DNA of 64,000 nt, taken from contig BDTR01000042.1 of assembly GCA_002897775.1 (NCBI GenBank), forward strand, positions 61,280 through 125,279, given 5' to 3'. Shown here one piece after another: positions 10,619 through 20,654 of the stretch. A model generated the notes under the pieces. It had not been told where the DNA came from. It saw only the letters and a program-made list of their open reading frames with translations, and searched no databases. The translations under genes were made by a program, and so were the position numbers. Every line of letters starts with the position of its first letter. The stretch's first letter is position 1. The stretch comes from a bacterium BMS3Bbin08. Lineage in GTDB: Bacteria > Nitrospirota > Thermodesulfovibrionia > UBA6902 > BMS3Bbin08.

Positions 10619-13042
10619 ATGGCAAAAAAAAGAGTACATGAACTAGCCAAAGAACTTAACATCACCAGCAAGGAACTGCTGGCAAAGCTTGTCAGGCTTG
10701 GTGTCAAAGCCAGGAGCCACGCGTCCAGTGTAGACGAAAAAGTGGTAAAAAAACTCCTGGCAGCCCCGGCTAAAAAAGCAAAGCCCGCCCCGGCGGGTAA
10801 ACCAACCCCTGCCGCGGCCAAAAAGAAAACCGCAAAACCCCGTGCCGCAAAAAAGAAGGCGGATTTTTCAGCCGCGGCTGAAAAGCCCGCCACAGCGGGC
10901 AAGCCTGCAAAGGCAGCCAAGGCGGGTAAAACCAAAAAAACGATCAAGACCGAGAAAAAACCAGCCGCAGCAGCGGAAGCACCGCCGGTAAAAGGAGTTG
11001 TTGAGAAAAAACCCGCCAAGGTGAAAAAGACTGTCCCACCTGTTGTGGAAGAAGAGAACGAAGAGGTAAAGGTCCCTGACAGGTTCAAAAAAGAACTGGA
11101 CACCGGGAAGCTTATAACGAAGTTCAAGGGGAAACCCGGCATGCAGAGGGCATTCGATACCATCAAGCGGGTGGACACTGAAAAAAGATGGCATGTCTTT
11201 AAAACATCCCATAAAAAACATGAGAGAAAACCGCAGTCTCAGAAAACCGACACAAAGCCCGCGCCGACCACGACCCTGCCAAGGAAACGCGTGCCCAAAT
11301 TCCAGGAAGGCACCACTGTAAAGGAATTCGCGGAACTGCTGGGGCAGAAACTCCCTGACGTCATGAAAAAGTTCATGGAACTGGGCTATATGCCGACGAT
11401 CAACCAGCCGCTCGACGCGGACGCGGCGCAGATCATTGCCGAGGCATTTGGCACAAAACTCGAAATAGTAGATGTTGAGAGCGAAGAGATCCTGCTTGAG
11501 GAAAAAGAGGTCGATACCGCGGCACTCAGCCCGCGTCCCCCGATCGTAACGATAATGGGTCATGTTGACCACGGAAAGACCACCCTGCTCGACGCGATAA
11601 GAAAGACGAATGTGACAGAAATGGAAGCAGGGGGGATAACCCAGCACATAGGCGCTTACAAGGTCAAGCTGAAAGACAGGGAAATAGTATTCCTTGACAC
11701 CCCCGGCCATGAGGCATTTACCATGATGAGGGCAAGGGGAGCAAAGGTAACTGACATTGTGGTCCTTGTAGTGGCTGCCGACGATAGTGTCATGCCCCAG
11801 ACCATAGAAGCGATCGACCACGCCAAGGCCGCGAACGTACCAATAATAGTGGCAATAAACAAGATCGATAAACCTGAAGCAAATGTCGCGAACGTCAAAA
11901 ATGAACTGGCCCAGCACGACGTTGTGGCTGAGGAATGGGGCGGCAAGAACATTATGGTGGAGATCTCGGCAAAGCAGAAACAGGGGCTTGCACAGCTTCT
12001 TGAACTGGTCCTTCTGCAGGCTGATATGCTTGAGCTGAAGGCAAATTATGACAGGCTTGCAAGGGGCACTATTATTGAGGCCAGGCTTGACAAAGGCAAA
12101 GGCCCGGCAGGCACTGTCCTTGTTAATACCGGCACTCTCAGGGTCGGGGACCCCTTTATCGTGGGAACGATCTCAGGAAGGGTCAGGGCCCTTCATGACG
12201 AGAACGGCCTCAGGATCGAAAAAGCGCCTCCTTCAACACCTGTTGAGGTCGTCGGTTTTCCGGATGTTCCAAAGGCAGGCGCCATATTCGTTGTCATGGA
12301 AGACGAGAAAAAGGCAAGGCAGATAGCCATGACACGGCTCCACAAACTTAAAACCGTGGAAGCCGGAAAAACAAGAAAGATAACCCTTGATGACCTGTAC
12401 GACAAAATAAAAGAAGGAGAGATCAAAGATCTCAATATTATCATCAAGGCTGACGTGGGCGGTTCGGCAGAGGCAGTGAAAGACGCCCTTGAAAACCTGA
12501 CCCACCCTGAGGTCCAGGTAAAAGTAATACATGCCTCTGTCGGAGGGATCAATGAATCCGACGTCATGCTCGCGACAGCTTCGAATGCCATAATAATCGG
12601 GTTTAACATACGGCCTGATTCAAATGCCCGCATGCTCGCGGAAAAAGAAGGTGTTGATATAAGGCTCTATAATATAATTTACGAGGCTGTCGGGAGCGTT
12701 AAAAAAGCCCTTGAGGGACTGCTTGAGCCTACTGTTAATGAAAAGATCCTCGGCCGGGTCGAGGTCAGGAATATCTTTACCGTATCCAGGATCGGAACGA
12801 TCGCCGGGTGCTATGTGCTTGAAGGCATGGTCTCAAGGGCCAGTTCAGGGATAAGGGTGATAAGGGATAATGTAGTTATATATGACGGAAAGATATCATC
12901 CCTTAAAAGGTTTAAAGACGACGCAAAAGAGGTCCAGACAGGCTACGAATGCGGTATCACCATAGAGAACTTCAATGACATCAAGGTAGGCGATATACTC
13001 GAGAACTACGTAATGGAAGAAGTAGCGACAAAACTGGAATAA
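10619..13042 (+). CDS. infB: Translation initiation factor IF-2
   Basis: 807 aa; N-terminus [13 protein letters not shown], Lys/Ala-rich linker, G domain [21 protein letters not shown]. Confidence 0.95.
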   Translation: MAKKRVHELAKELNITSKELLAKLVRLGVKARSHASSVDEKVVKKLLAAPAKKAKPAPAGKPTPAAAKKKTAKPRAAKKKADFSAAAEKPATAGKPAKAAKAGKTKKTIKTEKKPAAAAEAPPVKGVVEKKPAKVKKTVPPVVEEENEEVKVPDRFKKELDTGKLITKFKGKPGMQRAFDTIKRVDTEKRWHVFKTSHKKHERKPQSQKTDTKPAPTTTLPRKRVPKFQEGTTVKEFAELLGQKLPDVMKKFMELGYMPTINQPLDADAAQIIAEAFGTKLEIVDVESEEILLEEKEVDTAALSPRPPIVTIMGHVDHGKTTLLDAIRKTNVTEMEAGGITQHIGAYKVKLKDREIVFLDTPGHEAFTMMRARGAKVTDIVVLVVAADDSVMPQTIEAIDHAKAANVPIIVAINKIDKPEANVANVKNELAQHDVVAEEWGGKNIMVEISAKQKQGLAQLLELVLLQADMLELKANYDRLARGTIIEARLDKGKGPAGTVLVNTGTLRVGDPFIVGTISGRVRALHDENGLRIEKAPPSTPVEVVGFPDVPKAGAIFVVMEDEKKARQIAMTRLHKLKTVEAGKTRKITLDDLYDKIKEGEIKDLNIIIKADVGGSAEAVKDALENLTHPEVQVKVIHASVGGINESDVMLATASNAIIIGFNIRPDSNARMLAEKEGVDIRLYNIIYEAVGSVKKALEGLLEPTVNEKILGRVEVRNIFTVSRIGTIAGCYVLEGMVSRASSGIRVIRDNVVIYDGKISSLKRFKDDAKEVQTGYECGITIENFNDIKVGDILENYVMEEVATKLE

Positions 13043-13096
13043 GAACGCAGCAAATAGAGAGCAGCGAGCAGCGAGATACAACTCTCTACTTTCTAC

Positions 13097-13405
13097 TTGC
13101 TACTCTCTACTTTTTTTAAAAAAATGATCGTCGGGATTCTTACTTTAGAGCTTCACCTGCCGGAAGCAAACTCCCTTAAATCAAAACGCATTATCATTAA
13201 AAGTCTCAAAGACAGGATAAAAAATAAATTCAACGTATCTATCGCTGAAGTCGGCGCCAATGATCTCTGGCAGCGGAGCGTGCTCGGGGCCGCCTGCGTG
13301 GCAAATGAAACAAGAATGGCAAATCAGATCCTTGACGGCGTAAGAAACATGGTCATAAGCAATCCTTCAGTTGAGCTGATCAACTCCTCGATGGAAATGC
13401 TATAA
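13097..13405 (+). CDS. DUF503 (YlxP-like) protein
   Basis: About 95 aa; conserved position between infB and rbfA; motif LELHLPEANSLKSKR; true start probably at MIVGIL. Confidence 0.65.
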   Translation: MLLSTFFKKMIVGILTLELHLPEANSLKSKRIIIKSLKDRIKNKFNVSIAEVGANDLWQRSVLGAACVANETRMANQILDGVRNMVISNPSVELINSSMEML

Positions 13406-13580
13406 TAATTCTGTCAAAAGCCCGTTGCCGGTCGTCAGTTGTCCGCAGCTGCTGACTATGGACTACTGACCATTGACCATTTACGAAAATCCAAATAAAA
13501 ATTTGCAATGTTAAATGTTAGTTTTGTCCAGCCTCAGGCGGATCCGCCGGGGCGGACATTTTTTGAATTGAGGAAAGCAC

Positions 13581-13958
13581 ATGCATCCCTATAAACGGTC
13601 AGCCAGGGTCAGCGATCTGATCAGACAAGAAACAGCCGACATTATAATGCGCAAGCTGAAGGACCCCAGGCTCGGGTTTATAACTGTTACCGAGGCCGAT
13701 GTCAGTGACGACCTCAGACACGCGCGTGTCTATGTAAGCGTTCTCGAAGACGCGAAGAAAGCAGAAACCTTAAAGATACTGTCCTCGTCAGCAAAGTTCA
13801 TAAGGGGCGAACTGGGCAAGAGGATAAAGATGAAGTTCATTCCCAGCCTTGCTTTTAAACTTGACAGTTCCATTGAATACGGCTCAAAGATCGACAGGAT
13901 ATTCGACAAGATCAGATCAACAAAAGAGGGATCAGGGAACAATGAAAGTTCCAGTTAG
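13581..13958 (+). CDS. rbfA: Ribosome-binding factor A
   Basis: RVSDLIRQE..., GFITVTEADVSDDLRHARVYVSV motif. Confidence 0.85.
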   Translation: MHPYKRSARVSDLIRQETADIIMRKLKDPRLGFITVTEADVSDDLRHARVYVSVLEDAKKAETLKILSSSAKFIRGELGKRIKMKFIPSLAFKLDSSIEYGSKIDRIFDKIRSTKEGSGNNESSS

Positions 13959-14892
13959 CCTGCTGAAGCTGATAAAGGAAAACAGGAGATTCCTGATCGT
14001 AAGCCACATCAATCCTGACGGCGACGCGGCAGGCTCGGTTATTGCCCTGGCGATGGGACTTAAAAAACTGGGGAAATCAGTGTACGCGCTTTGCAAGGAC
14101 CCGGTTCCTCATATCTACAGGTTTCTGCCGGGTTCTGACCTGATAAAAAGCAGGGTCCCTTCGTCAAAGTTCGATGCTGTCCTGCTGTTGGACTGTAATT
14201 CATTTAAAAGGACCGGCTTCAAAGAACTTCAGGCAGAAGCGATCGGTGTTATAGACCACCATTTAACCGCTGGAAAAGACCCCTGGCGCGTCAATTTTCT
14301 TGACCCTGATGTGTCAGCAACAGCAGAGCTTGTGTACGCGCTTCTGAAGGCGCTGCGCGTTCCCATAGACAAAAAAATGGCTTTAAACCTTTACACCGCG
14401 ATATTTACTGATACCGGCGGTTTCAGGTATTCCAACACAAACGTCAAAACATTGGAAATAGCGTCCGAGCTTATGAAAAAAGGCGTAAACGCGTGGGAGA
14501 TATCAAAAGAAGTATATGAGAGCTACCCGTACAAGCGTCAGAAGCTCCTGATCCTTGTGCTCGCGACACTTGAAAAAAGGGGCAGAATAGCCTCGGTAAC
14601 AGTCACCAGGAACATGTACAAAAAAACCAACACAACCGCGGAGGACACAGAGGACTTTGTGAACCACGCCAGAAAGATAAAAGGCGTTGAAGTGGGTATA
14701 CTCTTCCGTGAGACCGGAAAGAACAAATATAAAATAAGCCTTCGTTCAAAAGGCAGTATCGATGTCGCGAATGTCGCGAAAGGCTTTGGCGGAGGAGGCC
14801 ACGCCAGCGCGGCGGGGCTGACTGTGGACGGCACCCTGAAAGAGGTCAAAAGCCGGGTCTTCAAAGCAGTAAGGAAAGCTATCAAAGAATGA
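13942..14892 (+). CDS. nrnA: DHH-family bifunctional oligoribonuclease / pAp phosphatase NrnA
   Basis: DHH motif (SHINPDGDAAGS), DHHA1 C-terminus GGGHASAAG; start at ATG 13942 (MKVPVSLL) overlapping rbfA end. Confidence 0.75.
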   Translation: MKVPVSLLKLIKENRRFLIVSHINPDGDAAGSVIALAMGLKKLGKSVYALCKDPVPHIYRFLPGSDLIKSRVPSSKFDAVLLLDCNSFKRTGFKELQAEAIGVIDHHLTAGKDPWRVNFLDPDVSATAELVYALLKALRVPIDKKMALNLYTAIFTDTGGFRYSNTNVKTLEIASELMKKGVNAWEISKEVYESYPYKRQKLLILVLATLEKRGRIASVTVTRNMYKKTNTTAEDTEDFVNHARKIKGVEVGILFRETGKNKYKISLRSKGSIDVANVAKGFGGGGHASAAGLTVDGTLKEVKSRVFKAVRKAIKE

Positions 14893-14943
14893 TTACACTG
14901 ATTAAACACCAGATTACACAGATAAAATCTATGTGATCTTTTT

Positions 14944-15948
14944 TTGACATCTGTGAAAAAGACGTTCCGCCTTTACAATATCCCTATTCCGGACAGATAT
15001 GAAATGGACTTTATAATCAATCTTAACAAACCTGCAGGTATCACATCCCAGGACGCGGTAACAAAGGTAAAAAAAACGATAAAGGCGAAAAAGGCCGGGC
15101 ATGCCGGAACACTTGACCCCGCGGCCACCGGGGTCCTGCTTGTCTGCACGAACAGGGCGACCAGGCTTGCCTCGTACTTCTCAGACCTGGACAAGGAATA
15201 CAGGGCTGTGATAAAGCTTGGCGAGGTCACTGACACGCAGGACGCCCAGGGTAAAGTAATAGAAAAAAGCGACAGCATTGATGTTGATGAGAGCGCGATA
15301 AAGAGCGCCCTTGGCGCTTTTGAAGGTGAAACACTTCAGCAGCCTCCAATGTACTCAGCGCTTAAACATGAAGGTAAGCCTCTGTATAAATACGCGAGAC
15401 AGGGGATAGATGTCCCGAGGAAGCAAAGAAAGATCAGCATTCATAAAATCGAACTATTGGACATAGACCTTCCTTTTGCCGGCTTTACAGTGGTATGTTC
15501 CAAAGGCACATACATAAGAACACTCTGTCATGATATAGGCAAAAAACTGGGCACAGGCGCCCACCTTTTTAAACTTGAACGCACTGCGATAGGCCCATTC
15601 AGCATAAAAGACAGCTTAAGTTTGGAAGAGTTGAGTCCCCTTAGGAAGCAGGAAGGCTTCCTGAACAAGGGGATGTACCCCGATAGGAAGCAGGAAGGCT
15701 TCCTGAACAAGGGGGTGTACACAATGGACAGTGCGCTTTCATGGATGCCTGAATACAGGGTAACAGACTCCCAGGTCGGGGATGTTCAGAACGGAGTACC
15801 GGTCAGCATAAGCGGCTCACAGGACTTTCTTGACAGCCTTGCGGCCAGCAGCGGCATAAGGGTTAAATCTCCTGAAGGCCTGCTTCTTGCGATAGGCAGT
15901 TTTCAACCAATTAGAAAAACAGTTAAAATGGACGTTGTGTTCGGCTGA
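14944..15948 (+). CDS. truB: tRNA pseudouridine(55) synthase TruB
   Basis: Catalytic motif GHAGTLDP, PUA C-domain; alternative start at 15000 (MDFIINLNKP) possible. Confidence 0.9.
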   Translation: MTSVKKTFRLYNIPIPDRYEMDFIINLNKPAGITSQDAVTKVKKTIKAKKAGHAGTLDPAATGVLLVCTNRATRLASYFSDLDKEYRAVIKLGEVTDTQDAQGKVIEKSDSIDVDESAIKSALGAFEGETLQQPPMYSALKHEGKPLYKYARQGIDVPRKQRKISIHKIELLDIDLPFAGFTVVCSKGTYIRTLCHDIGKKLGTGAHLFKLERTAIGPFSIKDSLSLEELSPLRKQEGFLNKGMYPDRKQEGFLNKGVYTMDSALSWMPEYRVTDSQVGDVQNGVPVSISGSQDFLDSLAASSGIRVKSPEGLLLAIGSFQPIRKTVKMDVVFG

Positions 15949-16075
15949 TCATTCAGTCCCGTAACGCGTTACCCGCCTGACCGCCACACTAAAAGGCGGG
16001 TAAACCGGCAGGTTTACATACCGCAGGTATGCAGGAATAAACACAATAATGACTACTTAAAGATTTAATCTAAAC

Positions 16076-16936
16076 ATGAGACCTGTTGATATCCTTACAT
16101 TCGGTTTTATCTTATTACTTTCCGCGGTCACGATAATTTTCATCAGGCAGATACCGGACGCGCATATTATTCTGTCTGTTTACACTGCCCTGGCAGTCAC
16201 CCTTGTTATTCTTATTCTCCTAAAAAAACGTTATAACGGAAAGGCCCTGACCTTCACATACCATCTTGTTTATCCGTACCTGGCGGTAGTGCTGATCTTT
16301 GACAGCCTGGGCAGGCTGATCCGTTACATAAACCCCGCGACTTATGACCACCTGCTGATACGCCTTGATTACATGATATTTGGCGCGCACCCGACAGTAC
16401 TGTTTGAAAGCGTCACATCTCCAATAATTACCGAACTCCTTCAGTACGCCTATATATCCTATTACTTTCTGCCGATAATCCTTGGGACGGCATTAATAGT
16501 AAAGAATAAGGACGCAGAGCTTGAGAGGTCCATCTTTCTTGTTGTTCTTTGTTTCTATCTCTCATACGTCGGGTATATCCTTGTGCCTGCAATAGGTCCG
16601 AGGTTCACAATGCACCATCTTCAAAGCTTTGATCTGCACGGTGTACTGCTCAGAGACATTATCGACAGCACTCTTAGTGTGCTTGAAGGCATAAAAAGGG
16701 ACGCCTTCCCCAGTGGACACACTGCCGTGACCCTTGTGGTGCTTTCCCTTGCGTTCAGGTTTCAAAGACCGCTGTTCTGGATTTTTCTTCCGTTCGTACT
16801 TGGGTTGATAGTGTCAACAGTATATCTGCGCTATCACTATGTTGTTGACATTATCGGCGGGATCCTGCTTTTTTTATTTACCATGTATATCGGTGAGAAA
16901 TACTATGATTACTGGGAAAAGAAACAAAGACAGTAA
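16076..16936 (+). CDS. PAP2-superfamily integral membrane protein
   Basis: About 8 TM helices; PSGH and RYHYVVDIIGG resemble PAP2 motifs 2 and 3. Confidence 0.45.
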   Translation: MRPVDILTFGFILLLSAVTIIFIRQIPDAHIILSVYTALAVTLVILILLKKRYNGKALTFTYHLVYPYLAVVLIFDSLGRLIRYINPATYDHLLIRLDYMIFGAHPTVLFESVTSPIITELLQYAYISYYFLPIILGTALIVKNKDAELERSIFLVVLCFYLSYVGYILVPAIGPRFTMHHLQSFDLHGVLLRDIIDSTLSVLEGIKRDAFPSGHTAVTLVVLSLAFRFQRPLFWIFLPFVLGLIVSTVYLRYHYVVDIIGGILLFLFTMYIGEKYYDYWEKKQRQ

Positions 16937-17000
16937 CCACTGAGGACACTGAAAAAACCGTGAATAGAGAATCGAGAATAGTGAATTGCAAATAATTAAC

Positions 17001-17120
17001 TATGAGCTACAAGCTATGTATTTACCCCAGCCTGTCCCGTGGTCCAAGTCCAATTGGACTTTACGGGATAGTTTTAGGTTCGCCCTTTTTAAGAAGAACC
17101 TTACGGGGAGCTATGAGCTA
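17001..17120 (+). repeat. Interspersed hairpin repeat family X, full copy 1 (core CCCCGTGGTCCAAGTCCAATTGGACTTTACGGG)
   Basis: About 105 bp, about 98% identical to 49687-49789; contains palindrome GTCCAATTGGAC inside a CCCGT...ACGGG stem. Confidence 0.85.
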
Positions 17121-17145
17121 TTATCGATGGTGAGCTTGTCGAACC

Positions 17146-17394
17146 ATGAGCGATGAACTTATTATCAACATTAAAGTAGCGCCCCGCTCTTCAAGACCGG
17201 GAATTGCCGGCCCCTATAAGGACGGCCTGAAGGTTAAGCTGTCCTCCCCTCCTGTCGAAGGCAGGGCTAATAAGGAACTTATAGCGATACTTGCCAAAGA
17301 GTTCAGGATACCTAAAAAGAATGTTGAGATAATCAGGGGTAAGAGATCGAAGAACAAAGTTGTGAGATTAACTGGAGTGACCGGCAATCGGTAA
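17146..17394 (+). CDS. DUF167 (YggU-like) protein
   Basis: 82 aa; I.VAPRSSR..I.G..D.LKVKL...P.EG.AN.ELI..LAK pattern. Confidence 0.7.
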   Translation: MSDELIINIKVAPRSSRPGIAGPYKDGLKVKLSSPPVEGRANKELIAILAKEFRIPKKNVEIIRGKRSKNKVVRLTGVTGNR

Positions 17395-17464
17395 CAAGTA
17401 ACGGGTTACAAGTTACGTGTCACTATTATCCATGAGCTATGAACTATGAGCCATCAGCTACGAG

Positions 17465-18184
17465 TTACTTCCCCTGCGGGAACTTCACATACCTGTTCCA
17501 GTAATTAAACAGCTCTGCGGTTGCGTACAGGTCTCCAACGCAGTATCTGGCGATGTCCGCGTATTTTCGCTCTTTAAAAAGGTCGTTGACCATCAGCCCT
17601 GTAATACCCTCTTCTTTCGGGCTTTTTATGCCGAATGCCTTGCACCACATATGAAGGCTGAATTTTCTCCTTACTGAGCCGTAGAACGTAAGCTGGTCAA
17701 AAAGGTCGGCATGCGTTGTACTGTTGAAGCGGTTGGGCATCAGGTCCCTGGTTGGTTTTATCTTATGTACTGCCGAGCGTATCAATAGATAGGGAGCGTC
17801 AAACCCCCTGCCGTTAAAGGTTATTACCTGGTCATAGTGTTTGACCGCCTCCCAAAAACTTTTAAGTATGCCCTCTTCTGTGTCAGGCACAAACCTGATG
17901 TCATTTTCCTCAAACTCTTCAACCAGACTTCCAGGCGCCTGAAAATACACTGCGCCCTTGTTCGTATCAGGGTTCAGCATGCCTATGGCCACGATCTCGC
18001 CTGTAAGAGGTGAAAATCCCAGGCCGTCCTTAACCTCTTTTATCTGTTCCTCGGTCTCTGCGAATTTCAGCAGGTATTCTCTGGAGATCTCATCAAAGGA
18101 CTCAAAATCCCTGCCTATTGTCTCGATATCGACTACAATTTTTTTCGATGCGAATCTCTGACCGGACATGACAGTTTTTAACAC
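17465..18184 (-). CDS. RNase H-like fold predicted 3'-5' exonuclease
   Basis: 239 aa; IVVDIETIG (DEDD-like exo I), FNGRGFDAPYL (exo II). Confidence 0.45.
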   Translation of the reverse strand: MLKTVMSGQRFASKKIVVDIETIGRDFESFDEISREYLLKFAETEEQIKEVKDGLGFSPLTGEIVAIGMLNPDTNKGAVYFQAPGSLVEEFEENDIRFVPDTEEGILKSFWEAVKHYDQVITFNGRGFDAPYLLIRSAVHKIKPTRDLMPNRFNSTTHADLFDQLTFYGSVRRKFSLHMWCKAFGIKSPKEEGITGLMVNDLFKERKYADIARYCVGDLYATAELFNYWNRYVKFPQGK

Positions 18185-18421
18185 TTTTCAATCAAAAGTG
18201 CAAGCCCTTTCAACAAATTATTACCAATTAGGCTCTGAATATTTTAAATAATACGAATAACAATTAACGGTCTTTTTATGGTAGTTACTATTAACGCTTA
18301 ACGAATAACGAATAACGGTCTTTATAAACCCCTTGAAAATGGCACTGATTTTAGGATATATTAATTGCTCGCATCATTCACTGATAACCGTAAAATAAAT
18401 ACCATATTTCGGAGGAATGAG

Positions 18422-18997
18422 ATGGCAAAAGCAATTGAAATTCGATGGCACGGCCGCGGCGGACAGGGCACGGTCACTGCTGCCAAGGTCCTGGCTGACG
18501 CGTGCCTGAGCGGCGGAGGATATGTACAGGCTTTCCCGGAGTACGGTCCTGAGAGAGCGGGGGCCCCGATCAGGGCGTTCAACAGGGTAAGTGAGAAGGT
18601 GATAAGGATGTACGGACCTGTTCTTCACCCCAGGGTGATCAGTATCGCGGACGCTACATTGATAGACACTGTCAATGTAACTGAAGGCGCGCCGGATGAC
18701 GCGATCTATATTGTGAACACATCAAAGGACCCCAAAGAGGTCAGGAAAAAGCTCAAGGCAAAAGACTCCCAGGAAGTATATGCCGTTGACGCCACAAAGA
18801 TCGCTGTAGATTCTTTCGGAAGACCTCTCCCTAATTCATCGATGCTTGGCGCGATATGCAAAGTAACGGAAATTGTGAACATGGACACACTTCTGGATAG
18901 CATCAAAAAGAGCTTTGGAAAGAAATTCGCCCAGAAGATCATTGACGGCAACCTTGAAGCGGCAAAGCGCGGATATGAGGAGGTAAAACAGGGATGA
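18422..18997 (+). CDS. porG: Pyruvate:ferredoxin oxidoreductase gamma subunit
   Basis: Start MAKAIEIRWHGRGGQGTVTAAK..., typical POR/KOR gamma N-terminus. Confidence 0.85.
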   Translation: MAKAIEIRWHGRGGQGTVTAAKVLADACLSGGGYVQAFPEYGPERAGAPIRAFNRVSEKVIRMYGPVLHPRVISIADATLIDTVNVTEGAPDDAIYIVNTSKDPKEVRKKLKAKDSQEVYAVDATKIAVDSFGRPLPNSSMLGAICKVTEIVNMDTLLDSIKKSFGKKFAQKIIDGNLEAAKRGYEEVKQG

Positions 18998-19091
18998 GCC
19001 CCATACACTCGGTTATTCTGCGTAACAAGGTTATTTTTCAGCAAATTAATAAATTAAAATATGTGAGATACACGGAAGGAGGGTTTACGGG

Positions 19092-19388
19092 GTGAACAAA
19101 AAATTTTGGGAAAAACTTCCTCAGGGCTCTGTTGTACTGGAGGCCGGGAGTTCAGTTAAATTCAAGACTGGCGGATGGAGGTCCATGAGGCCCAGATGGA
19201 TAAAAGAGAACTGTATCCAGTGCCTGTTCTGCTGGATATACTGTCCGGACATGGCTGTTAAGGTAAATAAAGAAGGCAAAAGAGAAGATTTTGATTTTGA
19301 TTACTGCAAGGGCTGTGGCATCTGCGCCCTCGAATGCCCGGGTAAAAAGGGCAACAAAGCAATAGTAATGGAAGAGGAGGGCAAATAA
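19092..19388 (+). CDS. porD: Pyruvate:ferredoxin oxidoreductase delta subunit (2x[4Fe-4S] ferredoxin)
   Basis: Two CxxCxxCxxxCP motifs (CIQCLFCWIYCP, CKGCGICALECP); probable GTG start. Confidence 0.85.
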   Translation: MNKKFWEKLPQGSVVLEAGSSVKFKTGGWRSMRPRWIKENCIQCLFCWIYCPDMAVKVNKEGKREDFDFDYCKGCGICALECPGKKGNKAIVMEEEGK

Positions 19389-20567
19389 ATGGGTAAGATA
19401 GTCGCGGTTACCGGTAACGAGGCCTGCGCGCAGGCCCTGAAGCAGATCAATCCTGATGTATGCGCCGCATACCCGATCACACCTGCCACTGACCTTATGC
19501 AGAGGTTCTCAGGCTTTGTCAATGACGGCAAAGTGGATACAGAGCTGGTGCTTGTAGAGAGCGAGCACAGCGCCATGAGCGCCTGCATAGGCGCTGCCGC
19601 GGCAGGCGGAAGGGTTGCCACAGCCACATCCTCGCAGGGCCTTGCCCTGATGTGGGAAATGCTTCACATAGCGGCAGGCACAAGGCTTCCGATAGTCATG
19701 CCTCTTGTGAACAGGGCGTTGTCAGCTCCCCTTAACATTCACGGCGACCATTCCGACGGTATGGGCGCGAGGGACACAGGCTGGATCCAGTTCTATTCAG
19801 AGAACGCGCAGGAGGCATATGACAACACCATCCAGGCGTTCAGGATCGCGGAGCACCTGGACATCAGACTGCCTGCCATGGTCTGCATGGACGGTTTTAT
19901 AGTCAGTCACTCTATTGAGAGGGTCGAATATATTGATGACGCGGATGTAAAGAATTTCGTGGGAAAATTTGAGGCTGTAAATCCCCTGCTTGATCTGGAC
20001 AACCCCAAAAGCTACGGTCCTCTGATCCTGACCGACCTTTATCACGAGTATAAAAGGGCACAGCACGAAGTTATGACCAAAGTGCCGGGTGTCGTGCTTG
20101 AGATTGCGGCTGAATTCGAAAAAATGACCGGCAGGAACTACGGCCTCTTTGAGACATACAGGCTTGAAGACGCTGAAATAGCTGTCGTTGTCATGAGTTC
20201 TGCCGCAGGCACGACCAAGGACATAATCGACCAGTACAGGGACAAGGGCGTAAAGGTCGGCCTTTTAAAGCCCCGGATGTTCAGGCCTTTCCCGTTCCAG
20301 GAAGTAGCTGACGCGCTTAAGCACGTTAAGGCAATAGCAGTGCTTGACAGGGCTGATTCATTCGGCGGCTATGGACCGCTGTACTCAGAGATCACAGGCG
20401 CGGCAATGTCGATGAACAGTAAGCCCGCGATGATAAACAAGATCTTCGGCCTTGGCGGAAGGGATTACCTCCCCGACCAGGCAGAGTATGTACTTGATGA
20501 GCTGGCAGAAATCGCGAAAACAGGAAAAGTAAAGACCATTAAAGAATATATAGGAGTCAGAGAATAA
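19389..20567 (+). CDS. porA: Pyruvate:ferredoxin oxidoreductase alpha subunit
   Basis: 392 aa, POR domain I/VI architecture, adjacent to delta and beta. Confidence 0.9.
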   Translation: MGKIVAVTGNEACAQALKQINPDVCAAYPITPATDLMQRFSGFVNDGKVDTELVLVESEHSAMSACIGAAAAGGRVATATSSQGLALMWEMLHIAAGTRLPIVMPLVNRALSAPLNIHGDHSDGMGARDTGWIQFYSENAQEAYDNTIQAFRIAEHLDIRLPAMVCMDGFIVSHSIERVEYIDDADVKNFVGKFEAVNPLLDLDNPKSYGPLILTDLYHEYKRAQHEVMTKVPGVVLEIAAEFEKMTGRNYGLFETYRLEDAEIAVVVMSSAAGTTKDIIDQYRDKGVKVGLLKPRMFRPFPFQEVADALKHVKAIAVLDRADSFGGYGPLYSEITGAAMSMNSKPAMINKIFGLGGRDYLPDQAEYVLDELAEIAKTGKVKTIKEYIGVRE

Positions 20568-20654
20568 ATAGCTCATGGCTCGTAGCTCATTGTTGATAGT
20601 AAAAAACTATGAGCTATCAGCTAAGAACTATGAACTAATTCCGGAGGAATTATT

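Noticed and set aside
10585-11917. Minus-strand ORFs of 197 and 349 aa overlapping infB
   Set aside because: They are antisense to IF-2. Their translations are low-complexity (A/F/S-rich) or rich in Cys/His/Arg, typical of GC-skewed antisense frames.
13730-13942. 70-aa minus-strand ORF inside rbfA
   Set aside because: It is antisense to the conserved rbfA gene.
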